From contig MCFE01000117.1 of NCBI GenBank assembly GCA_002104905.1, forward strand, positions 99,750 to 163,749: a stretch of 64,000 nucleotides of DNA, in the 5' to 3' direction. Positions 1 to 12,396 of this stretch are shown here, one piece after another. The notes beneath the pieces were generated by a model. The model saw nothing but the letters and a program-made list of their open reading frames with translations. It was not told where the DNA came from and made no database searches. A program made the position numbers and the translations under genes. Position 1 is the first letter of the stretch. Each line of letters opens with the position of its first letter. The DNA is from Basidiobolus meristosporus CBS 931.73. Taxonomy: Eukaryota > Fungi > Basidiobolomycota.

Positions 1-113
1 ACATTCACAGAGGTGCAATATTTCATGGGCAAGGCTTGAATTCTTGTACGTAATGATGAAAAGTGATGTAGTTGCACTGCATTGTTGGGTGTCAAGCTGT
101 TTGCCCTATAGGC

Positions 114-461
114 TGTTGTGAAAATTTGTAATTCCACCTAAATATTCACCTAACTTATTCACTTAGATCATTACCTTTAAGTCCTGGAGAATACTGACCT
201 AACTCCTTGTTGAAATTTACTTTGAATATTATCATCAAAATACCAGGTACTCTGAAAATGAAAATTCTCAAGGTTGTCCAAACAGCCCCAAACTTTGCAA
301 ACATGCTCTTGGAACCTTGCTTAGCATATTCTTTGAGTATGTTATGCAAAGACCATGTAAAAGTATAAATACTACTTTTATATTCAATAAATCATAAAAT
401 GAAAACCACTTATTTACTTGTTTTTCCAATCACTTCCAATATCTCCAAGACTCTTACAACA
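114..461 (+). repeat. Ty1/Copia 5' LTR (TGTTG...CAACA, ~348 bp)
   Basis: Has TGTTG/CAACA termini. Homologous copies lie at 8751-9175, 9413-9682, 9684-9952 (inverted) and 53342-53674. It is followed directly by a Copia-type PBS. Confidence 0.88.
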
Positions 462-476
462 GGTTATGTGCCCCAA
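462..476 (+). promoter_or_regulatory. Copia primer-binding site (GGTTATGTGCCCCAA; Drosophila copia-like GGTTATGGGCCC type)
   Basis: Starts immediately after the LTR terminal CA. A matching GGCTATGAGCCCCAAG follows the LTR at 53675. Confidence 0.75.
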
Positions 477-489
477 GCTCTCACTCTCT

Positions 490-750
490 GCAGTGTCAAC
501 TACTGCTGTTACTGGAATCTTTCCCTCTGCCAAAAAGTTTGAAGGATCTAACAACCAAGTGTGGAAGATGAAGATAAAGATGCTGCTGCAAGAAAGAGGC
601 CTTTGGGATATTGTCATGGGAGAAGAATATCCTCCTCAAAATGTGGGAGAGGAAGCCTTAAAGTACCAGAGAAAGGAGCTAAGGGCCTTTAACTGCATTT
701 GCCTTAATGTCAAATACAAATGCTAATGCTGCTCCAGAGCAAAACCTGCA
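490..750 (+). pseudogene. Copia gag N-terminal fragment
   Basis: KFEGSNNQVWKMKIKMLLQERGLWDIVMGEE is near-identical to the gag at 53750. It breaks off after ~726-750. Confidence 0.85.
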
Positions 751-1001
751 CTACTTTGATTAAACACTCCAAGAGAAGAGAAAAAAGATCATGTTGACAT
801 GGTAGCAAGCCTTTCCACAATAAGTGCACAGACAGCATAGAAGGCATCATAAGGGTCACACCCAATATTTTGCAACTAAAGTCATATTTATGGACTTATC
901 AGCCGCAATTGTACCAAAAGTTTTCTGCCAGCCACTTGGTACCTCTATAATTGCACCTAACTGCACTGGTCTCTTGCGCATGTTACAACTTAAGAAGTGT
1001 C

Positions 1002-4000
1002 TTAGATATAAGGATATCCGTGCCGGCAGATGAGGTGTTCTAGAATGAATTGGGCGGTTGTCTTCTGGTCTTTATTTTGGATGGCTTGGGCTTCTACCCA
1101 CTTTGAGAAATAATTGGTAGCAATTATTATGTATTGTTCTCCTTTCTTTGTTTTCATAAAGGGCCCAACAAAGTCAATCCCTGTCTGATAGAAGGGTAGG
1201 TCAAGCGGTATTGGTGCAGTTGTTCCTATCTTTTGACTTTGGTTAAATCTTTTGCAGGTGGAGCATCTTTGTAGTGTATTCACAATGTTGGTTGTCATTT
1301 TTTTCCAATAAAATGTCTTTCTTAACATCTTGTATGTTGTTAGAAGGTTAGCATGTCCTAATGACATATGTCTTTCTTGTATAATTTCTTTGCGGGCAGT
1401 TATTGGGGGTACCTCAACTCTTAACTGTCCTTGGAGGAACCATAATTGGTTTTCTTGTACTTTGTACTGACACCATTTCTTTTGAAAGTCCCTCTTCTGC
1501 TTGTTTGTAACAACATGTTTGGGATACTTCCCTCCTCTTTTAAAGCAGATTACATCTTTGTAGTCATTGCTGACGCATACTTGGCAAACGGGATAGCGAC
1601 TGAGGAAGTCTGCATCTTGGTGTTTCTTGCCAGCGCAATGAATTATTTTGAAGTTGTATTCTTGTAGTTGGAGGGCCCAACATGCTAGTCAACCGGTAAA
1701 GTCTTTAGTTTTCATCAGCCAGACCAGTGCGCTGTGGTCCGTTACTCTTGTGAATCAGCAACCATGTATGTATGTGTGGAGTTGTTTAATTGAATAAACA
1801 ACAGCCAGACATTCTATCTTGGTAACAGGGTAGTGACGTTTGTGTTTGTTTAACAAATGGCTCGCGTAACCAATTGGGTGGAATTTGCCGGGTTGGTGGT
1901 ATTGTCCCAGTATGGCGCCTATACCGGTGAGACTTCCATCACAGTTAATAAAAAATCTCGCATCCCAATTGGGAAAACATAACACTGGCGGTGACGTCAG
2001 GGAATGTTTCAGCTGATTGAATGCTCTCTTTTGAGGCTCCAACCATACAAAACACTGGCCTTTTTGCGTCAATTTGTATAGGGGGGCTGCTATTGTTGCA
2101 AAGTTTTTGACAAAGCGGCAATAGTAGCCGGCTAATCCTAGGAATCCCAACACTGCATTAATATCCTTTGGTGTGGGTGTATCTTGAACGGCTTTCGGGA
2201 GTGAAATAGATGGGTATATTCCATCTGCCAAGATCTTGTGGCCCAGGAACAACAATTTTGTATACAGGAAATGGCACTTCTTGAGATGTAGTTTGAGTTG
2301 GTTCTTGAGGAGGGCTGTCAGTATATGTTGCACGTTGTGTATATGTTCTTCTACATTGGGGGAATATATTGTGATGTTGTCCAGATACACAAGAGTGCAT
2401 TCCCATTGTAGATTTCCTAGCACCTTGTCAATCATCCTTTGGAATGTAGCAGGGGCATTGCACAAGCCAAAAGGTAGTCAGTTCCATTTGTATAATCCAA
2501 ACAATGTTATAAAAGCGGTTTTGGGTCAATCTTCCGGGGCTACTTCTACTTGCCAATACCCGGAGATTAAGTCAAGAGAGCTAAAATATTTAACTCCGAT
2601 TAATCTGTCCAACAGGTTGCCTATTTGCGGTAGTGGATACACGTCCTTCTGGGTGACAGCGCTCAATTTTTGGTAGTCAATGCAAAAGCGTCACTTTCCG
2701 TCTTTCTTTGGGACTATCACTACGGGGGAGGCCCATGGTGACTGGCTCTCTGTAATGATATTGTCTTTCAATAAAGTTTCAATTGTCTCTTTGATATAGT
2801 CCGTGTCAATTTTTGAGTTCCGATAGGCTTTTTGCTTGATGGGGTATTTGCCAGTGAGGTGGATTTGGTGATGTACCCCAGGTATATGACCAATTACTTG
2901 GTTCTTAGAGAATACTTGGGCAAGCGGGTGTATTCCTTCTAGGAACTTGTCTTGTAACGCAGGCGGTAGACTGGGGTCCACATCTAGTTTGGGGAGTTCT
3001 TCTTCTGGTTCCTTGTTTGTAGGTGGTCCTTGGTTGTTTCTGTTGACTTCCTCTAGGTTCAACAATGGTACTCCTCTAGGCAATGTCACCGTGTGTTGCC
3101 CGTTGTTGACCACTAAGCACTTCAGACTTTGCGTTTCAAATTTTGGTGGTATCCATACTTTAGGGATTGAGATTCCTTCTAGTTGCTTGGATGCCTTTGC
3201 TGCGGTTATCATTCTTCCGCTTGTCAAATAAGCTATTGGTGTCTCTAATGAGATCACTATCTCACTGGCGGGTGGTATTTTTATCACCTTTTGTGTGATG
3301 ATTGGAGACTGCAACGGTTTCACTTCTTCAATTGTCACACTGTTGCTACGCGCCTTGCTCTCATTGGTGATATGAATCAGTGGGATACTCTCAGTATCCC
3401 ACCTGAGTTCAGATGCACTGTAAAGTATATCCATCTTATGTTGGATAAACCAACTCTTGCCAATGAGTAAGTTGTTGGCAGCAACGGGTAGAACCACAAC
3501 ATCTTGGTGTATTATCAGGTTGCCTAGCCGGATGGGGCAATTAGGCTCCACGCCTACCATTGTGTCCAGTTGGCCATTTGCTAGCCGTACTCAAATGGTG
3601 TTGTTGGGGACTATGTCTAATTTTAGACGTTTTGCTAATGACTCTGACATGATCAACATAGAGGATCCTGTGTTGATAAGGGCAAGAATCTCTTTATTCA
3701 CTATACATACCTTTATGTATGTACCTTTATTTGGTTTTTGCAGGACCGTCTGGTTGACATGAAGGGTTGTTATCTCCTTCAATCCCTCTATCAGTTCCTT
3801 GACTAGAGCCAGGGCAAGTCCCAGTAAATTGGTTATTGGGAGGGTTGCCTTGGTTTGCTCTAGTACCTTCATTATGGGAAATAGGCCATGGGAAGATGTG
3901 CTAGCGTTCTTTGTTTGTTTTAACACTTCTTCCCAAGGCTCATTCCGCACTTCTTCACCTAATTCCACGTTCTTTCCTTTTGACGGAACCTCTACTACAG

Positions 4001-5354
4001 GTTCCTTTGCCTCCTCTCTAGAAGCATCATGTCAACGCTTCTTCTTCCGCACTTTGACTGTCCTGACCGGAGGGCTTAGATTGACTGAGTCCTGTTGGCC
4101 TCCTGGCAAGGGACTCTGTCTTTTGATGCCTTCTTCTCTTTGGTGTCTGGTGCAGCTTCTTGTCCATACTGTTTTTCACATTTGTGAGCCTGGTGACCTT
4201 TTTCTCCACACACATAACACGGATACTGTTGTTGCCGTTGTTCCATCTGTTGGGTCAGGGCTTGTACCTGGGTCTTTAGATCTACAACAGCTTCCCAGAG
4301 TTTATCACTTTCTTTGGGGACTTCTTGGACATTGTTGATCAAGAGTTCTTGGACCTTTTGCCGTAATTCTTCTAACTCACGGTCTTTCAGGGAGGCAATT
4401 TTTCCTTTCTTACGGGGGATCCCTGTCCTTTGATCATTTGTATCACTATAGGGTAGCCCCCATAGCAAGATGACCCATTGCACTTGTTTGACCAGCTCTT
4501 GCAGCGTTTTACATCCCTGTTGTTCTTTGGATGCCCTACGTCTTATTTTGTTGTCTAAGCCCATGATGTAATACCTCATGAGCTGTTGTTTGGCAATTTC
4601 ATCCTTTGGGAGACATCAAACTTGTTGGAGGAACAGCTCAGTGTAGGCTTCATAGCTCTCACTGCTTTTCTTCCATGAGGACAGTAGAAGGGCTTTGTAG
4701 TGGTACCCTTTGGCATATAGAAAGCGTGTCTTGTAGGCTTCTTCTAGTGCATCCCAGTTGTCTTTAACTGCATCTTCCAACCCATAATGCCATCACCATG
4801 CTGACCCTTCCATATGTCATGCAAACTCCCTTACTTTCTTATTGTTGTCCCATCCTGCATCAACTGCAACTCTCTCAAACTTATTGAACCATTCAAGGGC
4901 TTTCTCTCTCTTTCCTTTGTATGTTTTTAGTTTGATTGTAGTAGTCATTACCTCACTTGTGCTTATTTCCGCAGAGATGGCACCAAATATGTGGGTTATT
5001 ACTGACTGTACTTGGTGAGTGGGAGAGCTTGTAGGTCAAGTCAGTACCACTTGGTTCAGAATAGCTTCCAATAGGAGGTAGTAAGGAAATAAATAATTTT
5101 GTCCCAAATCTCCTTGTTCTCTTGCTTGGTTCAATTGGGTAGATATATATCACTTGGGGGCTTAGATAATAGACAATCTGTTATAAAATAGGGGTGTGAA
5201 CACCTTCCTATTATGGTAAGTGTTCTAACTAGATAAGGGCAGGGATAGGAGGGAGGGTGTGTGGGGGAATCATAGGGAGGATACTGGGGGACTTTGGGTA
5301 GGACTCTGGGGAGAACTCTTGGGCAAAGAGTGGGTACTGCATTTAGTACTCACA
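1002..5354 (-). mobile_element. Decayed Ty3/Gypsy LTR retrotransposon (LTR-gag-PR-RT-RH-IN), 3'-truncated
   Basis: Gag starts ~4948, with CCHC knuckle CYVCGEKGHQAHKC (4076-4579). Protease LALINTGSS is in 3591-3968. RT motifs are SPWASPVVIVPKKDG, NAPATFQR and YLDN; RNase H is DGSLTGIGAILGQ. Integrase comes last (GH...CSTC, GIDFVGP; 1002-1367), which is Gypsy domain order. Several stops and frameshifts are present, and no 3' LTR is seen. Confidence 0.93.
5179..5354 (-). repeat. Putative 5' LTR of the Gypsy element (TGTGAG...ATAACA, ~176 bp)
   Basis: Has TG...CA ends on the minus strand. The outer end coincides with the point where the flanking transposase frame (..NMDSY) is interrupted. No second copy is present to confirm it. 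Confidence 0.6.
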
Positions 5355-6460
5355 GTAGCTATCCATGTTTGACAGTGATTTAGGCCCAGATACCAGTGAG
5401 ACTACCATCAGATTATTGCTCTGATATTGTAAGATGGGTGGCAGATTCAGATTGATGAGAATTAGTGGCCAGCAGGATTTGTTGACAGAGTACTTGTTTA
5501 ATGAGATCCCATCAAGTGCTAAGGCAAAGGCATGGTCATACATACCTTCAAAGTAGCCTCTGCTTCTTAGCTGTTTATAATGTTTGCCATTGAATATATT
5601 GGATATGTTTGCACTTGATTGATACTGAGGGCGGTGCTGTATAGCTACGCAATATTTGTTGGACTGCATCAGCTTCCTCAGTCAGGGTATTACCAGAATA
5701 TGTCCAGAGTGTGAACAATGTTTTCCCTCAATGGTGGTGGATTCCTGACAACTTGGACACCTTGCAATGGTGGCATTGATGGATGTGAATGCCATGCAAC
5801 TGTTAACACATGCTGGAATCAGGACAGTCTCTGGATCATATGTTGCTAACCACATGATGGTTGTCCACTTGTACCAAGTACATGGTAAGTTACATCCCAG
5901 AATGATTTTGGCAAGAAGCAGTAATAAATCCTCAAAGCACCCATTACTGATATTAGTGGAAACATGCCACTTCTCTAGCCACAGTATTATATCATTCACT
6001 GGTAGATGGATTACTAGGCTCACTTGGCTCCATAAAGTATCCTTGGCATTTGTTTCAACAGGTGTTGTCTCATTGCATATTGGGATTTGACCAGGCTCAT
6101 ACATGGTTCTGTTGTTAGGGGAGATAGGCTTGCAATCCATCAGTGAACCTTCTTTGTCAGAGCTATCACTCTGCATGCCATATTCAGAAGGCTGAGGTGA
6201 GCCTAAAGGCATGACAAACTCACCTGACTCAGTTTGCGCAAGGTGACAAAGACAGCCAGGTGCAATACTGATGTATTAACTGGCCAGCCAGATAATGTTG
6301 GTACAGTAGTCACCAATGAATGGTGAAATATGACTTGGGTGGCAAAACATTGGCCACATTCCTTGTAGTACTCTCTATGCTGTCTGTGTGCTTCATGGCT
6401 GAGCCACTTGCTACAATAGCCACATGGTCTTTTTTCTCTTTGCTTACAGCATTGAGTCAA
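5355..6460 (-). pseudogene. CACTA/En-Spm-type (Transposase_21/tnp2-like) transposase remnant
   Basis: Motifs NIFNGKHYKQL...ALALDG...SCWPLILINLNLPP..Y..NLMVVSLVSGPK and ACVNSCMAFT...CPSC are typical of tnp2 transposases. The sequence is split by stops and cut by the Gypsy insertion. Confidence 0.75.
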
Positions 6461-6721
6461 AGTAGTCTTGTCTGTGGGGCAAACAGTTTGACACTCAACA
6501 ATGTAATGCTATTATATCACTTTTTGGTCAATACTCATGTGAATTTATGACAGTCTTTTATTTGAGACATTGCACCTACATGAATGCAAGATTCAATGAT
6601 GACCCACCATAGTGAGCATTTTAAATACAGTTGTGGCACCACATACACACATATATGTAACACTATTTCCCCTTTGGTTTGACTCACTTCTATATATATG
6701 CTGTTAGAGAATTAAGCAAAG

Positions 6722-7779
6722 TTGTCTGGTTCCCAACCAATCCCCACCGCTGACTGCAACAGAAGAGTGGTTAGTCAACTGCTTGCTTTGACATTCAGTG
6801 CAACAAGCCGGGCTATATCCAAAAAAGGCCATGTTGGCAGTGTGCCCACTGAAGGTAATAATGCAGGCTCCTCAGGCTCTCAATCAAGTAGGCAATTGAG
6901 AACCTCTCTGGAGCCACAAGCTGACTGTTATGCTCAGGCAGATGAGTATGTAGCAAACACAGTACCCTTAGTTGAAGACCAGCAAGTGGCCATCATGACA
7001 TCACCACCACCTATATTAGAAAGTATGTTGTCAGCTCATACCAATGCATAAATGAAGCAATTGAGTGCAGTGGCTGATAGGATAGATGCTATGGCCCAGG
7101 GAAATCAGGCAATAGTCCCAAAACAGAATGAGCAGATAATACATGTAGAGCAATCAATATCCCAGGTAGAGAAAGCAGTATCTTTGCTGCAAAGAAGTAG
7201 CTCAGGTAGCTCAATGTCACAGCCAAGAATTGAGCCATTTCCCAGTGTAACAGCATAGGAACACTGTACAGTGTTTGAAGCACAACAACAGTGCACAAAG
7301 ATAAAGCCCACAGAAAAGCCTATCACAGCATGGGAGGGAGACAATGTGGTGTTTATGCCAAAGCCCAAAAATCAAAAGACATTGAAGATCTATGAAGCCT
7401 TTCAATGCAATATTGAAGAGTGGGCAAATATTCAAGAGGCCATCAGAAGTCTAACACACCATTGCCTTTAGTCCAGCATACCATGGGCCATCAGGGACTT
7501 GAGACCAAGCAGAATGCACTTGACTTATTCCATGAGCATTATCCTGAATTCAAACAGGCAAACCAGTTTTGGGCCAGCATTGGTATGCTAAGAAAGTATC
7601 TTAAGAATAGCAGAAGCTATCAAAGGCAGCAGAACAAGGGTGCCATGGCTAAAAGCCAGCAGTTTCCTCAAGAGCCTGTTACAAGCAGGGCCAAAAGCTC
7701 CAGACAAGTGTCAAAGATATACCTCTTAGTCACAGGACTTAGTACTTGTGACAGCCTTTGGATGGGATCATCACAATAA
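6722..7779 (+). pseudogene. Fragmented ORF divergent from the transposase, possibly the accessory gene of the same DNA transposon
   Basis: ORFs 6722-7051, 7052-7258, 7271-7471 and 7420-7779 form a near-continuous series broken by stops. The DNA is CpG-depleted like the adjoining TEs. No family is recognised. Confidence 0.35.
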
Positions 7780-8750
7780 CTTTTCATAGGGTTACCCCCA
7801 TTGTGGGATCTAGATGGCTATTTCAGATTGGATCCACCTGCAGGATCAATATATTTTTTAGGGACTTAGGCACTTTGAAACCCTCTCAAGAGCAGCTATA
7901 TTAGACCAAATAGGTACTTTCATTATTGACTATGTAATCCAACAGCATTGGCAATATTAGGATGTATGGTTATTGAAATATAGATAAAGCATTAAATGAC
8001 TGACTTTCACATAAGGGTTTGATCAAAATCCCAGCCAATATTCTGCTAGTCACAATGATTTTGTACTGAGTTCCTTTGGGATCCATTGGAGTAACAGATG
8101 ATTGCACTTTTCCATATCATGGTATCTAACAACTTTGGTGAGATATATATATTTATTTAGCATAGACTTATTCTTAGGTTGATCAAACCTTAACTCAGCT
8201 TCAATGATATAATAATATCACCAAAAGCAAAATGTCAGGCTTCCTTCCTACTTGGAGTATATAAGATGTAGCCTTTGTTGAATAGATCTGCTCAAGAGTA
8301 ATTCAGACTTTTGCAGCTCTCTCTTGAATATAATCCCTCCCTAGAATTGAAGCTTGGATATGCAAGCATGGAAGACTCTTGGTCTCCTCTGCTTGAGCTT
8401 CAAAATTAGCTATTCATGAACAGAAGGATCCCCCACTTCATCAGAAACATTGCTCCAAGAGTTTCTCACGCAGACTTCTTGTCTATATCTTCCAAAGCTG
8501 GTAGTAAATTTCAGCAAGATTTGCAATAGAAGGAAGCATCCTGGATGGAGGGCTGATTGCAATCTAAATTGACTTGTTGTGGCACTCATAATCTGCCAGA
8601 AAGTCAAATGGAGGTTCTGAAAGTGTGAATAGAGATACTCCAAAAGGACTACATTCACATGGAGCTTATAATATAATCCAACTGTATCTAAAAATTTTTG
8701 ATTATAGTAGAGCACAGGGCTATCATAAAGTAATGCTAGAATGCTTTATA

Positions 8751-9682
8751 TTTTGTGAAAATTTGCAATTTCACCTAAATGTTCATCTAACTTAGTCACT
8801 TAGATTATTACCCACAAATATTAGAGAATACTGACCAAATTCCTTGTTGGGATTTACTTGGGATATTTCTCACCAAAAGATCATTCCCTTCAAATACTAG
8901 AGAATACTGACCAAATTCCTTGTTGGGATTTACTTAGAATATTCTCACCAAAATACCAGGTACCCAGAACATGAAAATTCTGAAAGTATTCCAAACAGCC
9001 CCAAACTTTGCACACATGTTCTTGGGACCTTTCTAATCCTATTCTTTGTGCTTGCTATGCCAAGGCCGTGTAAAAGTATAAACATTCCTTATATATGCAA
9101 TAAATGATTAAGCAAAAGCCACATAATTTACTTGTTCTCCAAATCACTTCCAATATCTCTAAGACTCTTACAACATTATAGATACTATGAGTAATTAGAT
9201 TCAAATCCAACTTTTCATGCTAGAACTAAGCACATAGATATTAGACACCATTTCATACATGTAGCTATACAGAATAACTTAGCAAAGTTGGTTTACTGCT
9301 CTATAGATGAAATGATTGCAGCCACATTTACCAAACCATTGGTGAGTGACAAATTTGATCATCTTAGGTCACAGTTAGGACTAGTCAGTATGAACATTTA
9401 GTTTAGTGGGAGTGTTGCAAACATTTGTAATTCCACCTAAATATTCACCTAACTTGGTCACTTAGATCATTACCTACAAATATTAGAGAATACTGACCAA
9501 ATTCCTTGTTGGGATTTACTTGGGATATTTTCACCAAAACATCAGGTACCCAGAGCATAAAAATTCTCAAAGCGGTCCAAACAGCCCCAAACTTTGCAAA
9601 CATGTTCTTGGGCCCTTTCTAAACAGATTTCATTTGTTCTTCATGCCAAGGCCATGTAAAAGTATAAACACTACTTTGACAT
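8751..9682 (+). mobile_element. Internally deleted Copia derivative: LTR (8751-9175, with ~70 bp internal duplication), RNase H C-terminus, PPT, truncated LTR (9413-9682)
   Basis: 9190-9400 translates as NPTFHARTKHIDIRHHF...MIAATFTKPL..KFDHLRSQLGL*, the canonical Copia pol end. AGTGGGAG precedes TGTTG at 9413. Confidence 0.85.
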
Positions 9683-9984
9683 CATGTAATAGCGGTATTT
9701 ATACTTTTTACTTGGTCTTGGCAAAACAAAATGTGGAATGTGTTTAGGAAGGTCCCGAGAACATGCGTTCAAGGTTTAGGACTGTTTGGACAACTTGGAA
9801 TATTTTCACCAAAACATCAGATACCCAAAACATGAAAATTCCCAAAGTGCATCCCAACAAGGAAGCTTGGCAGTATTCTCTAAGATTTGTAGGCAATGAT
9901 CTAAGTGACCAAGTTTGGTGAATATTTAGGTGGAATTACGAATTTTTACAACACTCCCACTCAGCTAAATGTTCATACTGACTA
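9382..9984. repeat. Imperfect inverted repeat of two Copia pol-end/PPT/LTR copies, centred at 9683
   Basis: The left arm begins TAGTCAGTATGAACATTTAG (9382) and the right arm ends CTAAATGTTCATACTGACTA (9984). The centre reads ACAT-C-ATGT. Confidence 0.9.
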
Positions 9985-10216
9985 TATATATATATATGTA
10001 TATACATTGCCCTCCCACTCACAATATCTGCGCAACAAGTATGAGCTGAGGTGCTCTAGGCCGGATGAGCATGGCACCACGGCTTCGTGGGTGCACTCTG
10101 CATATTTGATGAATGCTGGACTTCATTGCGGTGTGTACATACATAGTTTGGTAAGATTACAGTGGGGAAGTGTATAGGGGGATGATCTGAAACCCGGTAT
10201 GGTGATGGTCGAACCT

Positions 10217-11756
10217 TCAACTCACTGAATACAAGCACGTTGGTTGCATGCTGGGCGTGGTTGAAAATGCAGGAATGGCAATGCGGGATCTCCTTAGAGC
10301 TTTGTCTTTTCTATTAGATCTGCCAATCAAGGGATAGAGAATGGTTAGCATATGGCGAGCTTGATGCCATTGGCTTTGAGCTAGGATACCTTTGAACGTA
10401 CGAGAGTGACCTTCCCCTCCTCCTCCGCTACCACTGCTCCCAGGACTGGGCCGAGTTCGAGCAGAAAAACTTGATCGGGGTGCAGCGATACGACTACTCT
10501 TTTCGGCCAGTAGAAACTGCAATTGCCGGGCCAAGCTTTGGTACATGTTTCGAAGGCTCTGTATCTCCTCCTTTGTCTTGAGGCTTTCGGTCATGAAATT
10601 GTAGTTCTGCTTCAACTCCAAAGAAGCGATATTGCCGCTGAGGGTTCCGAGCTCGTCTCTGATCTTCTCATTGTCCATGAGGATATGGTCCTGCGTGGGG
10701 ATGATTTGCTCTTCCAGCTGTTGAATGTACGATTCGATTTGGTAGAAAGATGGGGGAGTCGGCGGTGGATATTGCTCATTAAAAGCCTCTGGATGGCGAT
10801 AAGGTTGGTTTGCGTTGGAGATCTCCATCTCCTCCCTTGTGGATGCAAGCTCGTATTGAATGTCATCCAACTCCTTGCGCAGCTTCTGATTTTCAAGCTC
10901 CAACAAATTGTACCGATTCTCTTGGAACCTGATAAAACCACTGATCGCTGAATATGTGCAATGCTTGAGATGCTGATCATACTCCCGCAAGAATCCACTC
11001 CACTCGCATCCGTATCGGACGAACTCACATCTAACCGGCCTCTGTGGGCATACGGTGATGTGTTCGACGAGGTCGGACCTTTTGAAATCCTCGGTGCAAA
11101 ATTCGCACTTCATTTCCTCCTCTGGACAAGCGTCTTGGTGATCCTACGCTGAGGTTTAGAAAGCGAATCAGCTAATTCGCCACGGACAAGATAAGTTTAC
11201 CTTGAACGCGTCGTTCTGGAAGAATTTTCCGCATGTCTGGCACTTCACCACTCTGTACCTACAGTCAAGCTTATGCTTCTCCAGATCCTTCTTTAGGACT
11301 TTCTCCCGACACTCCTCATGTTGGCACGGCACCGGAATAAAGCTGCAGTCGTTTTCCAGATGATGCTGGAGGTTCTGCCTCTGAAAAGACTCTTTGCAAC
11401 CTAGCACTCGATAAGGGCAGAACACTTTAAGCTCATTCACTAGATTCACTATGATCTGAACGGCAGGCTGGAGCGCATCAGCAGTCAAATCAGAACGGTC
11501 CACCGGACACCAAGACCTGACCGCTAACGCCTGGTCAATGCACGCCCGACAGAAAGTATGGCTATCAATAAAGTAACATGAGTACGCTACTTGAGAGCGG
11601 AAACCCAATCTCGGCGAAAGCAGCGCTCACTTACCCGCATGGAGACGAGGTGGGGTCGATAAACGGTGAATGGCAGATGCAGCAGACCAGATTCTCGTTG
11701 GGCTCCTCTGCGTAGGTCAGATTTAGTAGAAAACTCTCCATTTGAGTGTCAATCAT
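10217..11756 (-). CDS. RING (C3HC4) + TRAF-type zinc finger + coiled-coil protein, probable E3 ligase; spliced, 3' end uncertain
   Basis: ATG at 11756. The RING reads CCICHSPFIDPTSSPCG|HTFCRACI...CPVDR across a GT-AG intron. TRAF fingers (CPYRVLGC, CEFC...HITVCPQRPVRCEFVRYGC) and a coiled coil follow. Confidence 0.8.
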
Positions 11757-12396
11757 GTTGAAGCCGAAGGTATAACAGACCTGGAATGAATTGTAGGGTT
11801 GGATCCGCCGCCCATATATCCCGTGAAATATTTGCTATGAAACAGCGGTCATATGTGAATGCTAATCATCTTGAATGCAATTTAACGCTTGACGATCATT
11901 GTTGGAATAATCATCCAATTGCTCCTCCGAAATCCGGTGAAATTGGCCAAAAGCACTGGATTGAACTCACTCCACACCCATGCAGCCTGATTATCATAGG
12001 AAATCGTTCAAGCGCACTGAAACATTTGACTTGGGAATCATCTCGGGTTTGGGCAGGGATTAGATGTGGCATCGGGATTGGGTGGGCGCTTTGATAGGGC
12101 GACGGCACTTGTCCACAGGCGTGTCCAGATCGTGAAATGGGATCCCACTAGAGAGCTTCGACAATCAGTGTACAAGCCCGATGGAATGTTCGAGTCATGT
12201 TTGCTAAACCAATTCCAAGCTCTTTATTAGTTGTATTTAAGGTGTCCACAGATCTCTCACGCGTTTCTATATATACACAAAGATGTAGTTCAAAAAAGAA
12301 ACAGAAATGATCCTGTTGAGAAAGCTATGTCAAAAAGCAAGTACAAAAAGTGTCAACGCTTGTGTTGCTGCGAACGTGGCGATCAGGAGTGTCAGG

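Noticed and set aside
750-1000. Continuation of the Copia, Gypsy or CACTA elements
   Set aside because: No frame gave a recognisable motif, so the identity is unresolved.
3050-3400. Extra domain between Gypsy protease and RT (possible dUTPase remnant)
   Set aside because: No dUTPase catalytic motifs are visible, and similar linkers are common in Gypsy pol proteins.
7800-8715. Possible C-terminal part of a CACTA transposase
   Set aside because: It is CpG-depleted and TE-like but too degenerate. No motif could be assigned with confidence.
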